A DNA stretch of 53,952 nt from Candidatus Hodarchaeota archaeon (GTDB lineage: Archaea > Asgardarchaeota > Heimdallarchaeia > Hodarchaeales > Hodarchaeaceae): contig JAEOTM010000183.1 in the NCBI GenBank assembly GCA_016839815.1, positions 1-53,952 on the forward strand. Reading direction: 5' to 3'. Of the stretch, positions 37,123-47,846 are shown in pieces. The notes beneath the pieces are model-generated. The model did not search any database, was not told the origin of the DNA, and saw only the letters and a program-made list of their open reading frames with translations. A program made the position numbers and the translations under genes. Within the stretch, counting starts at the first letter, position 1. Each line of letters starts with the position of its first letter.

Positions 37123-40100
37123 ATGTCTGAAGTTCAAAAGGAGTTAGAAAAAGCCCAAGCCTTTGAAACAGCAGGAAATTTCGAAAAAGCAGCAAAAATA
37201 TATTTCCAATTAGCCAAGAGTATTCCAGATGGTCAAAGAAGTCTAAAACTTTATAATAAGGCATTTTTTACTTCACAGAAGACTGGAAAAAATTCCCTGA
37301 TGTTTGATTACGCTCATCAATACTACCACCAATTATTAAGAGAGGAAGATGAGAAATCAATCAAAGAATTTCTTCCGACATTTTTAGATCTGTCTGGACG
37401 GATGAGGAGTACAATTGGGGATCTTAAACTAGAGGGAAAGTTGAAAGTCTTAATTTGGTCACTAGAACTATATAAACTTGCTAATAACACCACTGTTGCC
37501 TATGAAATTAGTCAAGAAATAGGAGATGCCTATTTTGATCATGGTAAACAATTATTAGCTCCTGGACATCTTCTAGGTAAAGAAGATAAATACAACAAAG
37601 GTGTTGAATTATTTAATAAAGCAATCGATAGCTACCAATCGATTTTACTTGATAAAACGGTTATGGAAAAGATCCTTGAAGTCAAACTTGAAAAAGTTAC
37701 TCGATATATTGATATCAATCGACCCGCTGAAGCGATGGAAGATACCGCCAATTTAATGCAGTTCTATAAAGCTCAAGAAGCTAGCATACTTCCTTATACT
37801 CAAAAAGAACTTTCTCTGAGGATTGCACAAGTATTGGCAATGAAAGCTCTAGAAAAAGCACAGAAAGAAATAGATATCGCTCGTGTACTACAGAAAACAG
37901 CAAGTGCAGGTTTTATTGAGGCGGATGCTGCAGCGAGAGTAGCACCGTTTTTATGGTCCCTTGCTCAGCTTTATAATACTACTCATCATCTAGAAGACTT
38001 TAAAACTACCCTCGCAGAGGCTTTCGAGGCCGCCATCAACTATGATGATAAAAATATATCAGGAGAAATATTCGAATTTTTATTTGATCAAGGCCAAACC
38101 CACTGTGAGAATACTCTGAATTCACGTATGCTATTAGTTAAAAAGGGTTCGATCGAATTTCAGAATAACAAAGGGATTAGCTATCTTATTCAAAGAATTA
38201 ATTTAGCCAAATCAGTAGATGACGATATTATAAATCAAACGGTTGAGTATCTATTTAATTATGCCCAATTAATGTTTGATAAGAAACTCAGAATTCGTTC
38301 ACTTCCATATTTTGAATATTGCGCACGAACTTGGTGGGATTTATATCAAGAATCAGGGAGAGCAAGAGAAATTACTACTTTTCTTCAAAGTAACTTTGGT
38401 GTCATGTTAAGCGAAGGAAAACTAGATGATGCAGCCACTCAATTGATAGCAATTGTTGATCTATTCACATACTTTGGAGATATAGCAATGGCTGGTGATA
38501 CAGCTTTTTCATTTGCTCAAACTCTTGGTCAAGAAAAGAAAACGAAATATGAATATGAATTCCTAGAAAGGGGATATTCGAATTTTCACAAGATTGATGC
38601 AAAAGAGAAACTTCAATCACTCCTCGAGTATCTCACTACCCGTTCAGACCCCTTCTTTTCACAGTATGACAGTACTCATGAGTTCCTTCTGAAATTTCTA
38701 ACACTAAGTAGTAAATGCGGAGCTGCTATTTCAACGGAGAAGCATGGAGAAGTATTAGCAGCCACCACTTATAAAGCTATTAATTCGGATTTAATTGATC
38801 TTGCTACAGTATATGCTGAACAGGCATTTGAGATTTACTCTTCTTACAACAAAGAATTAGCAGCGGATTTCTATTTTAAAATTGGAACGAATTTATTAGA
38901 GAAAAATCCAGAACTGGCAATTGAGATGATCTCTAAGTCAACCCAATTAGCAGCAGATGAAACCGAACTTGATCAAATTGTACTACGAAATCTCCAGTAT
39001 CTGATAGATCAAACGTTTTCATCTCCAATTCTAGCAAAAAAATTGTTTATCGCAAACCAACTGGAAAAAATTTCTTCTTTAGTTCACAAAAAAGCTGTAT
39101 TCAATACTTTCATCTTCCCATTTGTCCATAACCTCGCAGAAAAGGTGAATGAACCAGGTTACTTATCTGAAATTAATAATTACCTCATGAAAGACTTTAC
39201 CATACATTATGCAGAAAGTAAAACCCATCCCCATTTAGAAGAGGTAGTAGAGTGGACTAATAACTTTATTTTAGGTCTGGATAAACAAATCAATATTATT
39301 GATATGATTCTCTTAAGTTTAGACTTCCACGAAAAGATAAATAAGCCTGATCAATTTATCTCGTTTATTTGGCCCGTGATGGAAAAGCTTTCTTCGGAAA
39401 AAGAAGACTATCAACAAGCGATTACTATTTATGGACAGACGTTTGCATTTTTAAAACGACTTGATGCCGAAAATGATGAATTTACTGATAAAGTTGTTTC
39501 TTTACTCGATCGTGATCAGAAGTCACGTATCCATGATGAACAGTTTGATGAGGCATGGGCTATCCTACAAGCTCTTTTTCAAATACTCACCGACTCAGAT
39601 ATGAAAACTCAAGCAGTTCGTCTTTACAAGGATAATGCTATACTATTTTCACCACTTCGTTTAGACCTTGCTCTAACCATGTGGACACAAGCCGGTGATG
39701 AAGCGAAATACCTGGAAGAATATCATGAAACTATTAAGCGTCTAAGTACAGATATTATCGAACACGGATTAAATTCCTATAAGGAACAACAGAACCAACC
39801 AGCAGTAATTCAGCTTTATAATTTACTAATTGAATTAAATTCAGCAATATCATATACCACAGGGGTGACGGAACATAATCTTGAAAGAGCTAGATTCCTC
39901 TTAATGAATGGTGATTTCCCCACACTCCTTGAATGGGGTGGTAAGAGCTTGGATATAGCACTTGAGAATCAGAATGAAGACCTACTCTATGAGATAACAA
40001 ACATGTTTTATTCTGCAGGAAGAAGTCTTCTTGAGGAGAATCCAGAAATCGCCATTGCTTTAATTAATTCTGCATCAGATAAATTAAAAGCATTTGGGGT

Positions 40101-40593
40101 AAAAGGAACTGATCGATATATAACTAAAATTGCAGAAATATATGAAGAACTGTATAAATCTCCCGTTGGCAATCAATTAGCAATATCAGAAAGAGAAAAT
40201 TTGATAGTTCACTTTAAAGAGAATAATCAACCGCAAGAAGAAGCTAAGTTCCTTTTGACATCAGCAAAAATTGCATTTACTGAAGGGAATTTCAATGACG
40301 CAATTGATCAAATTTACAAATCAACTAAGATGTTTCAAGAACTTGAAGACAAGGAAGGTCTATCAGAGATCGTTACTTTTTGTTTAAAAACCGCATCAAG
40401 ATTCCCAGTGGGATCTCCTGAATACAATTCATTATCACAGCATGCAGCGACAATTCAGGAAGGAGGAATCGCGCTTTCTGATGAACAAAGTCAAGAAGCT
40501 TTTGGAGATTTATATGATGGACTTCTTGATGATATGGAGTCATTATTCGATCCGAAGGAAAAAAGAAAACGGATGAAGCAAAAGAAGCAATAA
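37123..40593 (+). CDS. Large alpha-solenoid (TPR/SNAP-like) protein, 1156 aa
   Basis: All-helical acidic soluble sequence with recurrent TPR-like patterns such as AGNFEKAAKIY and EGNFNDAIDQIYKSTKMF. Confidence 0.75.
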   Translation: MSEVQKELEKAQAFETAGNFEKAAKIYFQLAKSIPDGQRSLKLYNKAFFTSQKTGKNSLMFDYAHQYYHQLLREEDEKSIKEFLPTFLDLSGRMRSTIGDLKLEGKLKVLIWSLELYKLANNTTVAYEISQEIGDAYFDHGKQLLAPGHLLGKEDKYNKGVELFNKAIDSYQSILLDKTVMEKILEVKLEKVTRYIDINRPAEAMEDTANLMQFYKAQEASILPYTQKELSLRIAQVLAMKALEKAQKEIDIARVLQKTASAGFIEADAAARVAPFLWSLAQLYNTTHHLEDFKTTLAEAFEAAINYDDKNISGEIFEFLFDQGQTHCENTLNSRMLLVKKGSIEFQNNKGISYLIQRINLAKSVDDDIINQTVEYLFNYAQLMFDKKLRIRSLPYFEYCARTWWDLYQESGRAREITTFLQSNFGVMLSEGKLDDAATQLIAIVDLFTYFGDIAMAGDTAFSFAQTLGQEKKTKYEYEFLERGYSNFHKIDAKEKLQSLLEYLTTRSDPFFSQYDSTHEFLLKFLTLSSKCGAAISTEKHGEVLAATTYKAINSDLIDLATVYAEQAFEIYSSYNKELAADFYFKIGTNLLEKNPELAIEMISKSTQLAADETELDQIVLRNLQYLIDQTFSSPILAKKLFIANQLEKISSLVHKKAVFNTFIFPFVHNLAEKVNEPGYLSEINNYLMKDFTIHYAESKTHPHLEEVVEWTNNFILGLDKQINIIDMILLSLDFHEKINKPDQFISFIWPVMEKLSSEKEDYQQAITIYGQTFAFLKRLDAENDEFTDKVVSLLDRDQKSRIHDEQFDEAWAILQALFQILTDSDMKTQAVRLYKDNAILFSPLRLDLALTMWTQAGDEAKYLEEYHETIKRLSTDIIEHGLNSYKEQQNQPAVIQLYNLLIELNSAISYTTGVTEHNLERARFLLMNGDFPTLLEWGGKSLDIALENQNEDLLYEITNMFYSAGRSLLEENPEIAIALINSASDKLKAFGVKGTDRYITKIAEIYEELYKSPVGNQLAISERENLIVHFKENNQPQEEAKFLLTSAKIAFTEGNFNDAIDQIYKSTKMFQELEDKEGLSEIVTFCLKTASRFPVGSPEYNSLSQHAATIQEGGIALSDEQSQEAFGDLYDGLLDDMESLFDPKEKRKRMKQKKQ

Positions 40594-40686
40594 TTTGTAT
40601 ATTTTGAAAATAGAGGGGGAGTCCTTAAAGGCAATTGATTTTTAAAACTATTATCTACAAAATCATCTTAGGAGAATAATGTACTT

Positions 40687-41253
40687 ATGTTAGACACGTT
40701 AATCCAGTCGAGAAGAGCGTATCGAGCACTTGAATATGTGCCTATTTCCCCAGAAGAAATAAAAAAGATTGCTAAACTTGTATCACTCAGTCCCAGCTGT
40801 ATGAATAACCAACCTTGGCGCTATATCTTTGTTTTAGATCCTGAAACTCTCCAAACACTTTTTACTTGTTTAAATCGTGGCAATGCATGGGCAAAGAATG
40901 CCTCAATGGTTGTAGCAGTGTTTTCTGAAACAAGCTTAGATTGTCAAATCTCTAATCGGGATCCCTATTTCTTATTTGATACTGGTATGGCAACTGCTTA
41001 TTTAATTCTATTACTAACTGAAATGGGTTTAGTAGCCCATCCAATTGCAGGATTTGACCTAGAAAAATCGAAAGAAGTCCTCAATATTCCAAAAGATTAT
41101 TCACTTATTACTTTAATAATAGTTGGGAAACATGCATCTGAATATCCTGATGAAATGAGTGAAAAACAAAAAGAAACTGAACCTAATAGACCTAAACGAA
41201 AATCAGTTGAGGAATTTACGTTTTTCAATCGTTATTCAGAGGAAAAATCGTAA
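40687..41253 (+). CDS. Nitroreductase family protein
   Basis: SRRAYR, SPSCMNNQPWRY, FDTGMA and HPIAGFD. Confidence 0.93.
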   Translation: MLDTLIQSRRAYRALEYVPISPEEIKKIAKLVSLSPSCMNNQPWRYIFVLDPETLQTLFTCLNRGNAWAKNASMVVAVFSETSLDCQISNRDPYFLFDTGMATAYLILLLTEMGLVAHPIAGFDLEKSKEVLNIPKDYSLITLIIVGKHASEYPDEMSEKQKETEPNRPKRKSVEEFTFFNRYSEEKS

Positions 41254-41274
41254 CGTATACTCTATTTGAAATAC

Positions 41275-41871
41275 TTAAGCGGATATCAATAGGTCCTGCT
41301 CATCTTCATCATCTTCTCGTAAGGGATAAAAATAATGAATGGACGAATGATTCAACGTTAAGTCATGTTCTACAAATCCACACACTCTGAATCCTTGTTT
41401 TAAAAGAAAGGTATGAGCATTAACTAACTGTTCATCTGCAAAGCATCTAAGAATAGTATATTGAGTATTCTTCTTAGCAAACTTCTTAATATGTTCCATT
41501 AATTGCTTACCATACCCCATTCCCCGGTATTGCTTCCCAATGATCAGGGTCAATATGAATATACCACGACTGAAGAAATCGATTACTGCAAATCCAACGA
41601 CAAGTTCCTGAGATTCTGCCTGTTCCGTCTTCTCTTTTCCATCATCATCTTCATTAGATGAATTCTTTGTAATGCATACAGTAAACACTCTTCCCTTTTC
41701 AGGAACTTGTACAAAGAAATCTATTCGACCTTTTTCACTTTTGAGCACAGTGGGACCATATGCAGTATAAATATCTGATTCTAGTAATACCAGTTTCACT
41801 GATGGCCAATCTTCTCCTTGATAATTCCTAATCGTAATAGTATTGCTCATGTGATCTCCTGTTTTTATCAT
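41275..41871 (-). CDS. GNAT family N-acetyltransferase
   Basis: YRGMGYGKQLM motif A and FLLKQGF. The start may be ATG 41850. Confidence 0.85.
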   Translation of the reverse strand: MIKTGDHMSNTITIRNYQGEDWPSVKLVLLESDIYTAYGPTVLKSEKGRIDFFVQVPEKGRVFTVCITKNSSNEDDDGKEKTEQAESQELVVGFAVIDFFSRGIFILTLIIGKQYRGMGYGKQLMEHIKKFAKKNTQYTILRCFADEQLVNAHTFLLKQGFRVCGFVEHDLTLNHSSIHYFYPLREDDEDEQDLLISA

Positions 41872-41979
41872 TGGGAGAGTAATATAAAATGATTCGCTGT
41901 AAAAATTATATTCAAAAAGAATTAGTGAAGGGTTTAGAAGAAGAAAAAGGGAGGGTTAGGAAGTGTTCATATCAAAAAT

Positions 41980-42381
41980 CTATATCTTATCCCAAGCTGC
42001 GTGTACCCGTTCACTAGTTTTCTTGATCACAGGGGCCATTCCTTCTTTAGAAGCTAGCTCTAATTCAGCAGCTATTTTCATGATTGATACATGCGCTACT
42101 TTAATTTCAGAGCCTTCTTCATAAACCACAAAGCTACAGGGGAATAAAGTACCAACATTCTTGTCTACATCTAAAGCAGCCTTTGCTAAGTCAGCTCCAC
42201 AAGCCATGATACTTGTATACCGAGGATAATCTTTTACACCAAGTTTAGTCTCAATTACCTTATCGATTGATTTTGTTAATAGGACTGTAAATCCTTCACC
42301 AGCTACTATAGATTCTACGTGCTCAACAATTTCATCAAAACTTTTAGACGCTGGCATTGTTTTTCTTAAGATTTCTACCAT
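41980..42381 (-). CDS. DUF302 domain protein
   Basis: EGFTVL...IMAC...VGTLFPCSFVVYE. Confidence 0.85.
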   Translation of the reverse strand: MVEILRKTMPASKSFDEIVEHVESIVAGEGFTVLLTKSIDKVIETKLGVKDYPRYTSIMACGADLAKAALDVDKNVGTLFPCSFVVYEEGSEIKVAHVSIMKIAAELELASKEGMAPVIKKTSERVHAAWDKI

Positions 42382-42516
42382 GAAAATTCACCAATAAGTG
42401 AGATTTATTGGGGCTTTTAATATTTTATTCTGCTATAAACGTTTATTTTGAACTAAGTTAATGATTGAGTGTTAAACTCAAGGATGTAGTATCTACTTGA
42501 TGAACAGTTTTTCAGA

Positions 42517-44490
42517 CTATTTTGAAATGTCTCCTCGGATTTTCTCATAAAAATCTAATGATTCCGGATTGGAAAGAGCATCGCGATTTGTGACGGGTTT
42601 CCCATGTATTATGTTTGTGACAGCCATTTCAACTTTTTTCATACTAAAGGTATATGGAATATCAGGAGTTTCCTTAATAATTGCAGGAACGTGTCTAGGA
42701 GAGGCTTTTGCTCTAAGCTCCATCTTGATTTTTTTCCGTAGTTCATCTGTAAGGGACGAATTTGCAACAAGTTTTACAAAAAGGATAATTCTTTGATCAT
42801 TTTTCCATTTTTGACCGATAGCGAGACTATCTGCTATCTCTGGAAGGGATTCTACAATGTTATAGATCTCGGATGTACCAATTCTTACTCCAGAAGGTTT
42901 TAATACTGCATCAGAACGACCCAGGACAGTCATTCCTCCAGTATCACTATGGATGATTATATAATCTCCATGTCTCCATACGATCTTATCAAGATTTGTG
43001 TAATAATTAAAATAGGCATTCTTGTAACGTACATTTTCAGGATCATTCCAAAAGTAGAGAGGCATGCTTGGAGACGGATTTTCACAGACAAGTTCTCCTT
43101 GTTGATCTCGAGTTGGATTTCCATTCTCATCAAACGCTTCAATACGCATTCCTAGGGCATTTGCTTGGAGCTGACCTGCATAAACAGGAAGAATTGGACA
43201 ACCACCAGCAAAGATTGCATTTAAGTCTGACCCCCCTGTTATTGAGTTAAAATGCATATCCTTTTTGATTGCTGAATACATCCATTCATTTACCTCAGCG
43301 GAAATCGGTGAAGCTGTCTGTGAGATTACTCTTAATGAGGATAAATCATATAATTGAGCAGGGTTTGCTCCGATTCCATGTAGATAATGGAGGTAACTTG
43401 CAGAGGTTCCAAAAATATTAATTCTTTCTTTCTCGATTATTTCCCACATTGCTTCCCAGCTTGGAAAAAGGGGATTACCATCATAAAGAAATATGGTTGC
43501 TCCGACAGCTAATGCCGTCGTTAACCAGTTCCACATCATCCATGATGGAGAAGTAATGTAGGTTATACGATCGCTTCTTGTTAGATCTGTATGCAACATT
43601 AAATCCCTTAATTGGGTTAAAAGAACACCACCAGCGCCTTGAACCATCGATTTAGGCTTACCTGTTGTGCCAGAACTGAACATAACATATCCAGGGTGAT
43701 TAAATTTCACTTGCTCAAATTCTATTTGCGATGTAAGTGATGGAGAGGTAAATTCCTTCATTGAAATCGCTTTGGGAATCGTAGAAAGATCCAACCCGTC
43801 TTTTTTTGTATAAGAGGTTACGATCACTTTCTCTACTGATTTTAATCCTTGAAGAGCTTTCCTAACATTAGGAATAAGATCGATAGTCGTTCCTTTGTAG
43901 AAATAACCGTCAGCAGTGAACAAAACCTTGGGATTAATTTGCCCCAGACGATCAAGAACCGCATCGGGCCCTAATTCACCTCCACAGGAAGCCCAGGTTG
44001 CACCAATACTTGTTGCTGCAAGCATTGCGATAATGGTTTCAATAAGGTTCGGTTGGTAAGCTGCTACAAAATCACCTTTCTTAAGCCCCATTTCTCGTAA
44101 AGACTGTGAAAGTTGCGCTACTTTCAAATTAAGTTCATAATAGGTCATTGTTTCACGATACTGAGCTTCTCCACGAAATATAAATGCCAACTGATCATCT
44201 TTATACCTTAATAGATTTTCTGCAAAGTTTAATCTTGCTCCTGGAAACCATTCATTATCAATGAATTGATCTAAGTTCTTACCAACTTTATCGTATGTAC
44301 GGGAGGAGATAATATCTGTAAAATCCCATAATGTTGCCCAAAAATCCTCAATACTTCGTGTTGACCATGTGTGCAACTCTTGATAATTCGTTAATTGAAG
44401 GTTATATTTATCGTTTACATACTTCATGAATCGAGTCATATTTGCCCGTTCAATTTGTTTTTCAGAGGGATTCCATAGTAATTTGCCCAT
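42517..44490 (-). CDS. Acetoacetate-CoA ligase (acetoacetyl-CoA synthetase)
   Basis: WFPGARLNFAENLL, FSSGTTGKPK, WMMWNWL, PSMPLYFWND, WRHGD and SPRHVP. Confidence 0.93.
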   Translation of the reverse strand: MGKLLWNPSEKQIERANMTRFMKYVNDKYNLQLTNYQELHTWSTRSIEDFWATLWDFTDIISSRTYDKVGKNLDQFIDNEWFPGARLNFAENLLRYKDDQLAFIFRGEAQYRETMTYYELNLKVAQLSQSLREMGLKKGDFVAAYQPNLIETIIAMLAATSIGATWASCGGELGPDAVLDRLGQINPKVLFTADGYFYKGTTIDLIPNVRKALQGLKSVEKVIVTSYTKKDGLDLSTIPKAISMKEFTSPSLTSQIEFEQVKFNHPGYVMFSSGTTGKPKSMVQGAGGVLLTQLRDLMLHTDLTRSDRITYITSPSWMMWNWLTTALAVGATIFLYDGNPLFPSWEAMWEIIEKERINIFGTSASYLHYLHGIGANPAQLYDLSSLRVISQTASPISAEVNEWMYSAIKKDMHFNSITGGSDLNAIFAGGCPILPVYAGQLQANALGMRIEAFDENGNPTRDQQGELVCENPSPSMPLYFWNDPENVRYKNAYFNYYTNLDKIVWRHGDYIIIHSDTGGMTVLGRSDAVLKPSGVRIGTSEIYNIVESLPEIADSLAIGQKWKNDQRIILFVKLVANSSLTDELRKKIKMELRAKASPRHVPAIIKETPDIPYTFSMKKVEMAVTNIIHGKPVTNRDALSNPESLDFYEKIRGDISK

Positions 44491-44578
44491 CTAATAGTAC
44501 TCCTACGATTCAAACTATTCATTAAATATAATAAATTTCGGTTGTCAATCCTCTTCTGGATAATCACCCTGATCTTCC

Positions 44579-46333
44579 TTAGATTGGGAGAACTGAGGTA
44601 AGAATCCAAACAAATAGTAAGGTGTTACATACTGCTCCAGGTAAGATGGAATTGTTGTGTCGATACCAAAACCATGAAATCATTGATCCAGCCATAATGA
44701 ATATTCCCATTACCCAAAAAAATTGGATTGAAAGTGCAATTAATCCACCTGGTAGTAAATTAATACCAAATATTACCCGAGGAATGTATATACCAATAAC
44801 AATTAGGATAAATGGCCAAGATTTTGCTATTAGTAATTTTATTAATCCTATTAGCTCATCAGTGAGTTCTGATTCTCTATTTATTGCATTTGGGTGTGAA
44901 TAGAACATTAATCCATCAATTATGAAGTAGACGAAAAACAATGGTAATAGTATCAGAAAACTAATTATTCGTGGAACTTGGAGGAGATTTGCGAACAGAG
45001 TAATTATAAAACCTAAATTTATTGAGAAAATAATTTCGAGTAGAAACATGAATACATATAGACAAACAACAAGAGAAATCGCTAATCCCACACCTTTTCT
45101 GGGTTCCCATAATTGGGATTTTCTTCTGAAAACTTCTTTAGGAGAGAAACTGATACCAAAATAAGAAGGGAACAGTAATGTAAGAGTTAAGAGTCCTACA
45201 TTAATCGTGAAAAACCATAATGTTATTGAAGAAGCATAAGTCATGGGGGGAATTGGAATAAATGTTCCAATAAGCATTACTGGAAAGTAAAGTATAATAG
45301 CGAGACACCCCCAAACTAAACTTGTATTTATGAGCACGGGTTTTGTAAATTCAAAACTAAGAGTATCCTTTTCTTCCTTAAAGACTTTAAAATTGTATAA
45401 TAGAGGTAAGACCGACAAAAAGAGACTCACAATCGAGATAAGAGAAACTATAGAAGCAATATCACGGTAGGAATAGATATGGTTATTGTGTGGGACAAAA
45501 TAATCATCGAAATGCCCCTCTGTCTTCAGTGCATTCTGCATCCATTGAATCGTTTCCGTGACTATTACTGGATCTATTGGTTCTAAAATATGAATAGTCT
45601 CAGAAATAACCAGACGTCTTGCATCCTGGTCATCAGGATGAAAACTACCATAAAAAGCATAATTAGGCACTACTGGACTAGATGTTCCGAATAAATCCAT
45701 CAATTCTGTGTTCAAAGCTTCAATATTTCCAAAAAACTCATCATATTTCCCAATCGCAATTAGCACATTCTTTGGAAAAGTAGCGTTAAACTTACCGCTA
45801 TTTTCACCATCAGAGCTAAGATCAGGGAGGCCTCCAAGTAAAACTGAAGCGGTAATATTTTTGTGTTCAAGCGCAGTAGCCCATGTAGCAAATGCTCCCA
45901 TACTATGTCCTGCAACACCAATATTAGTCACATCTGCATATGGTAAGGAGTCGAGATATTCAATAGCAGATAATATACCTAATGTTGAATCATTATTATT
46001 TGGATCTGAACCACCATGTCCAGCTAAATCTAACGCAAGTGCCACAAAACCCCGACGGCTTAATTCAAGTGCCAGACCACTCATCGCCTGTTTAGAATTA
46101 GAAAATCCATGTGCACAGATAACAGTAGGAAGAGGATTCTCTCCTGAAACATCCCTTGGCTTATAAAGTAACCCAGTTAGGGATGAAGTTTGATTAGGTA
46201 TTCTTACAAGAGAAAATTCAACTGTTCCATAGTTGGTGCTAAGTAAAAATACAGAAATTAGACCTGTACCACTGAAAATCAATAGTATTAGCAATATTAG
46301 GTAAGATGATTGGTTTTTTTTTCGTTCAGGCAT
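44579..46333 (-). CDS. Membrane-bound alpha/beta hydrolase with C-terminal multi-TM domain
   Basis: HGFS, DLAGHGGS and GHSMGA, with an N-terminal TM and about 8 C-terminal TM helices. ATG 46333 (after GGAG) is preferred over the track start 46459. Confidence 0.85.
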   Translation of the reverse strand: MPERKKNQSSYLILLILLIFSGTGLISVFLLSTNYGTVEFSLVRIPNQTSSLTGLLYKPRDVSGENPLPTVICAHGFSNSKQAMSGLALELSRRGFVALALDLAGHGGSDPNNNDSTLGILSAIEYLDSLPYADVTNIGVAGHSMGAFATWATALEHKNITASVLLGGLPDLSSDGENSGKFNATFPKNVLIAIGKYDEFFGNIEALNTELMDLFGTSSPVVPNYAFYGSFHPDDQDARRLVISETIHILEPIDPVIVTETIQWMQNALKTEGHFDDYFVPHNNHIYSYRDIASIVSLISIVSLFLSVLPLLYNFKVFKEEKDTLSFEFTKPVLINTSLVWGCLAIILYFPVMLIGTFIPIPPMTYASSITLWFFTINVGLLTLTLLFPSYFGISFSPKEVFRRKSQLWEPRKGVGLAISLVVCLYVFMFLLEIIFSINLGFIITLFANLLQVPRIISFLILLPLFFVYFIIDGLMFYSHPNAINRESELTDELIGLIKLLIAKSWPFILIVIGIYIPRVIFGINLLPGGLIALSIQFFWVMGIFIMAGSMISWFWYRHNNSILPGAVCNTLLFVWILTSVLPI

Positions 46334-46586
46334 AGTAACTCCTTCTAGAATCACTATCAAATAAATGATAGATAACAAGTCAGATTGGTAGAAGAGTATT
46401 TGAATTTTATTTGATCCTTTGATAAAATTGGAGAGTTCTTCTGACACTGCATTCATCAAATAACTTAACGTGAGTTAAGCCGGGCTCTTCCCAGAGAAAA
46501 ATGATTTGGAAAAAAACTTAAAACTACCTGCTCAACGCGCATGAATTAGAATCGTTGATTCATTAAAAATGTCGGAGATATAATGA

Positions 46587-46802
46587 ATGGCAAAAACAAG
46601 ATTTGAAGAAGGAGATTTATGGGTAGAAATTGATCTAGACCTTTGTACAGGATCTGGCGAATGCGTTGACGTATGCCCAGAAGAATGCTACGAAGTAGTT
46701 GATGGGAAAGTTAATGCCAATAAAATCGGTGCTTGCATAGAGTGCGCTGCATGCGATGGCGTCTGTCCCAACGATGCAATCCTTGATCAAAACTCTTGGT
46801 AA
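46587..46802 (+). CDS. 2x[4Fe-4S]-type ferredoxin
   Basis: CTGSGECVDVCP and CIECAACDGVCP. The first motif has Ser for the second Cys, so it may bind 3Fe-4S. Confidence 0.92.
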   Translation: MAKTRFEEGDLWVEIDLDLCTGSGECVDVCPEECYEVVDGKVNANKIGACIECAACDGVCPNDAILDQNSW

Positions 46803-46827
46803 CAACCCTCATTTTTCCTCTGCATAA

Positions 46828-46862
46828 GGGGGAATTTTCTTTTCCCCAAGTTTATTTTTTTC
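46828..46862 (+). terminator. Hairpin plus T-tract after the ferredoxin
   Basis: GGGGAA-TTTTCT-TTCCCC followed by a T-rich run. Confidence 0.5.
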
Positions 46863-46982
46863 TTATTTATCGTACTCACGTATTTTTGGAGTGAGCTACC
46901 AATTTACAGAGACATTTATATCTCACTGAAGATCATCTTTTTGTTGATGTAGCATTCCAAAGAAGAGCGTGCAGAGTAAACC

Positions 46983-47846
46983 ATGTCAATAAAAAAAGTA
47001 ATATATGAAATCGAAACCTCTCAGGGGATTGCAGAACTTTTTCATATGACACGGAAATCTACTGGTCCTCCTGTACTCTTTGTGCATGGATTCGGTTCGA
47101 ATGCTGACATTTGGTTCACTTACCAAGATTCACTTGGGAATTATTTGAGGAAACAAGGAAAAGATTGTTGGTCACTTCATTTAAGCAATTCTACAACTGG
47201 GAACATACCCTCACTTGCAAATGAAGATCTCTATGCAGCTATTTCCTTTATTCACAAAGAAAAACAAAAAGAAGTTTTGGTTATCGCACATTCCATGGGT
47301 GGAATAATCGCACGAGTATTAACTAGTCCACAATTCGAACATCCATTTCCTTTAGCAACACTGGAGACAAAAATCAGGGGAATAGTTCTTCTCACTGTTC
47401 CAAATCATGGAGCAGAAATTGGTGATATAAAGAAACTAGAAGAATCTGCCCATCAACTTCGGACGATTCTCAAATGGAAAGGTTCCTTTTCACCCGATTT
47501 CGACCTTGGCTTTATTCAACTCACCTCTAAAAGCACTTTAATTCAAACATTGAATACTCCTCCTTTTTTAAATCCAAATATTACTTGGCTAAATGCGGTA
47601 GGAAAATATGACCATATAGTACCTGTTAAAAGTGCTTCCTTTTCTCCAGTAGAAGTAGATGTTCCTGCATTTGAGCAACGAGGCTTTGATAGTGATCATA
47701 TGGTATATCCTTTTGCGAATACTTTACGAAAGATTGCTGATACAATTGGAGAAATCGCAACTATTTTTGGTTCTTCTTTTAAAATATACCCCGCAATTCA
47801 TAGAACAGAAGAAGTAGGAGAATGGATTCAAAATACCTTCAGATAA
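46983..47846 (+). CDS. Alpha/beta hydrolase (lipase/esterase-like)
   Basis: LFVHGFG, IAHSMGG, VPNHGA and YDHIVP. Confidence 0.88.
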   Translation: MSIKKVIYEIETSQGIAELFHMTRKSTGPPVLFVHGFGSNADIWFTYQDSLGNYLRKQGKDCWSLHLSNSTTGNIPSLANEDLYAAISFIHKEKQKEVLVIAHSMGGIIARVLTSPQFEHPFPLATLETKIRGIVLLTVPNHGAEIGDIKKLEESAHQLRTILKWKGSFSPDFDLGFIQLTSKSTLIQTLNTPPFLNPNITWLNAVGKYDHIVPVKSASFSPVEVDVPAFEQRGFDSDHMVYPFANTLRKIADTIGEIATIFGSSFKIYPAIHRTEEVGEWIQNTFR

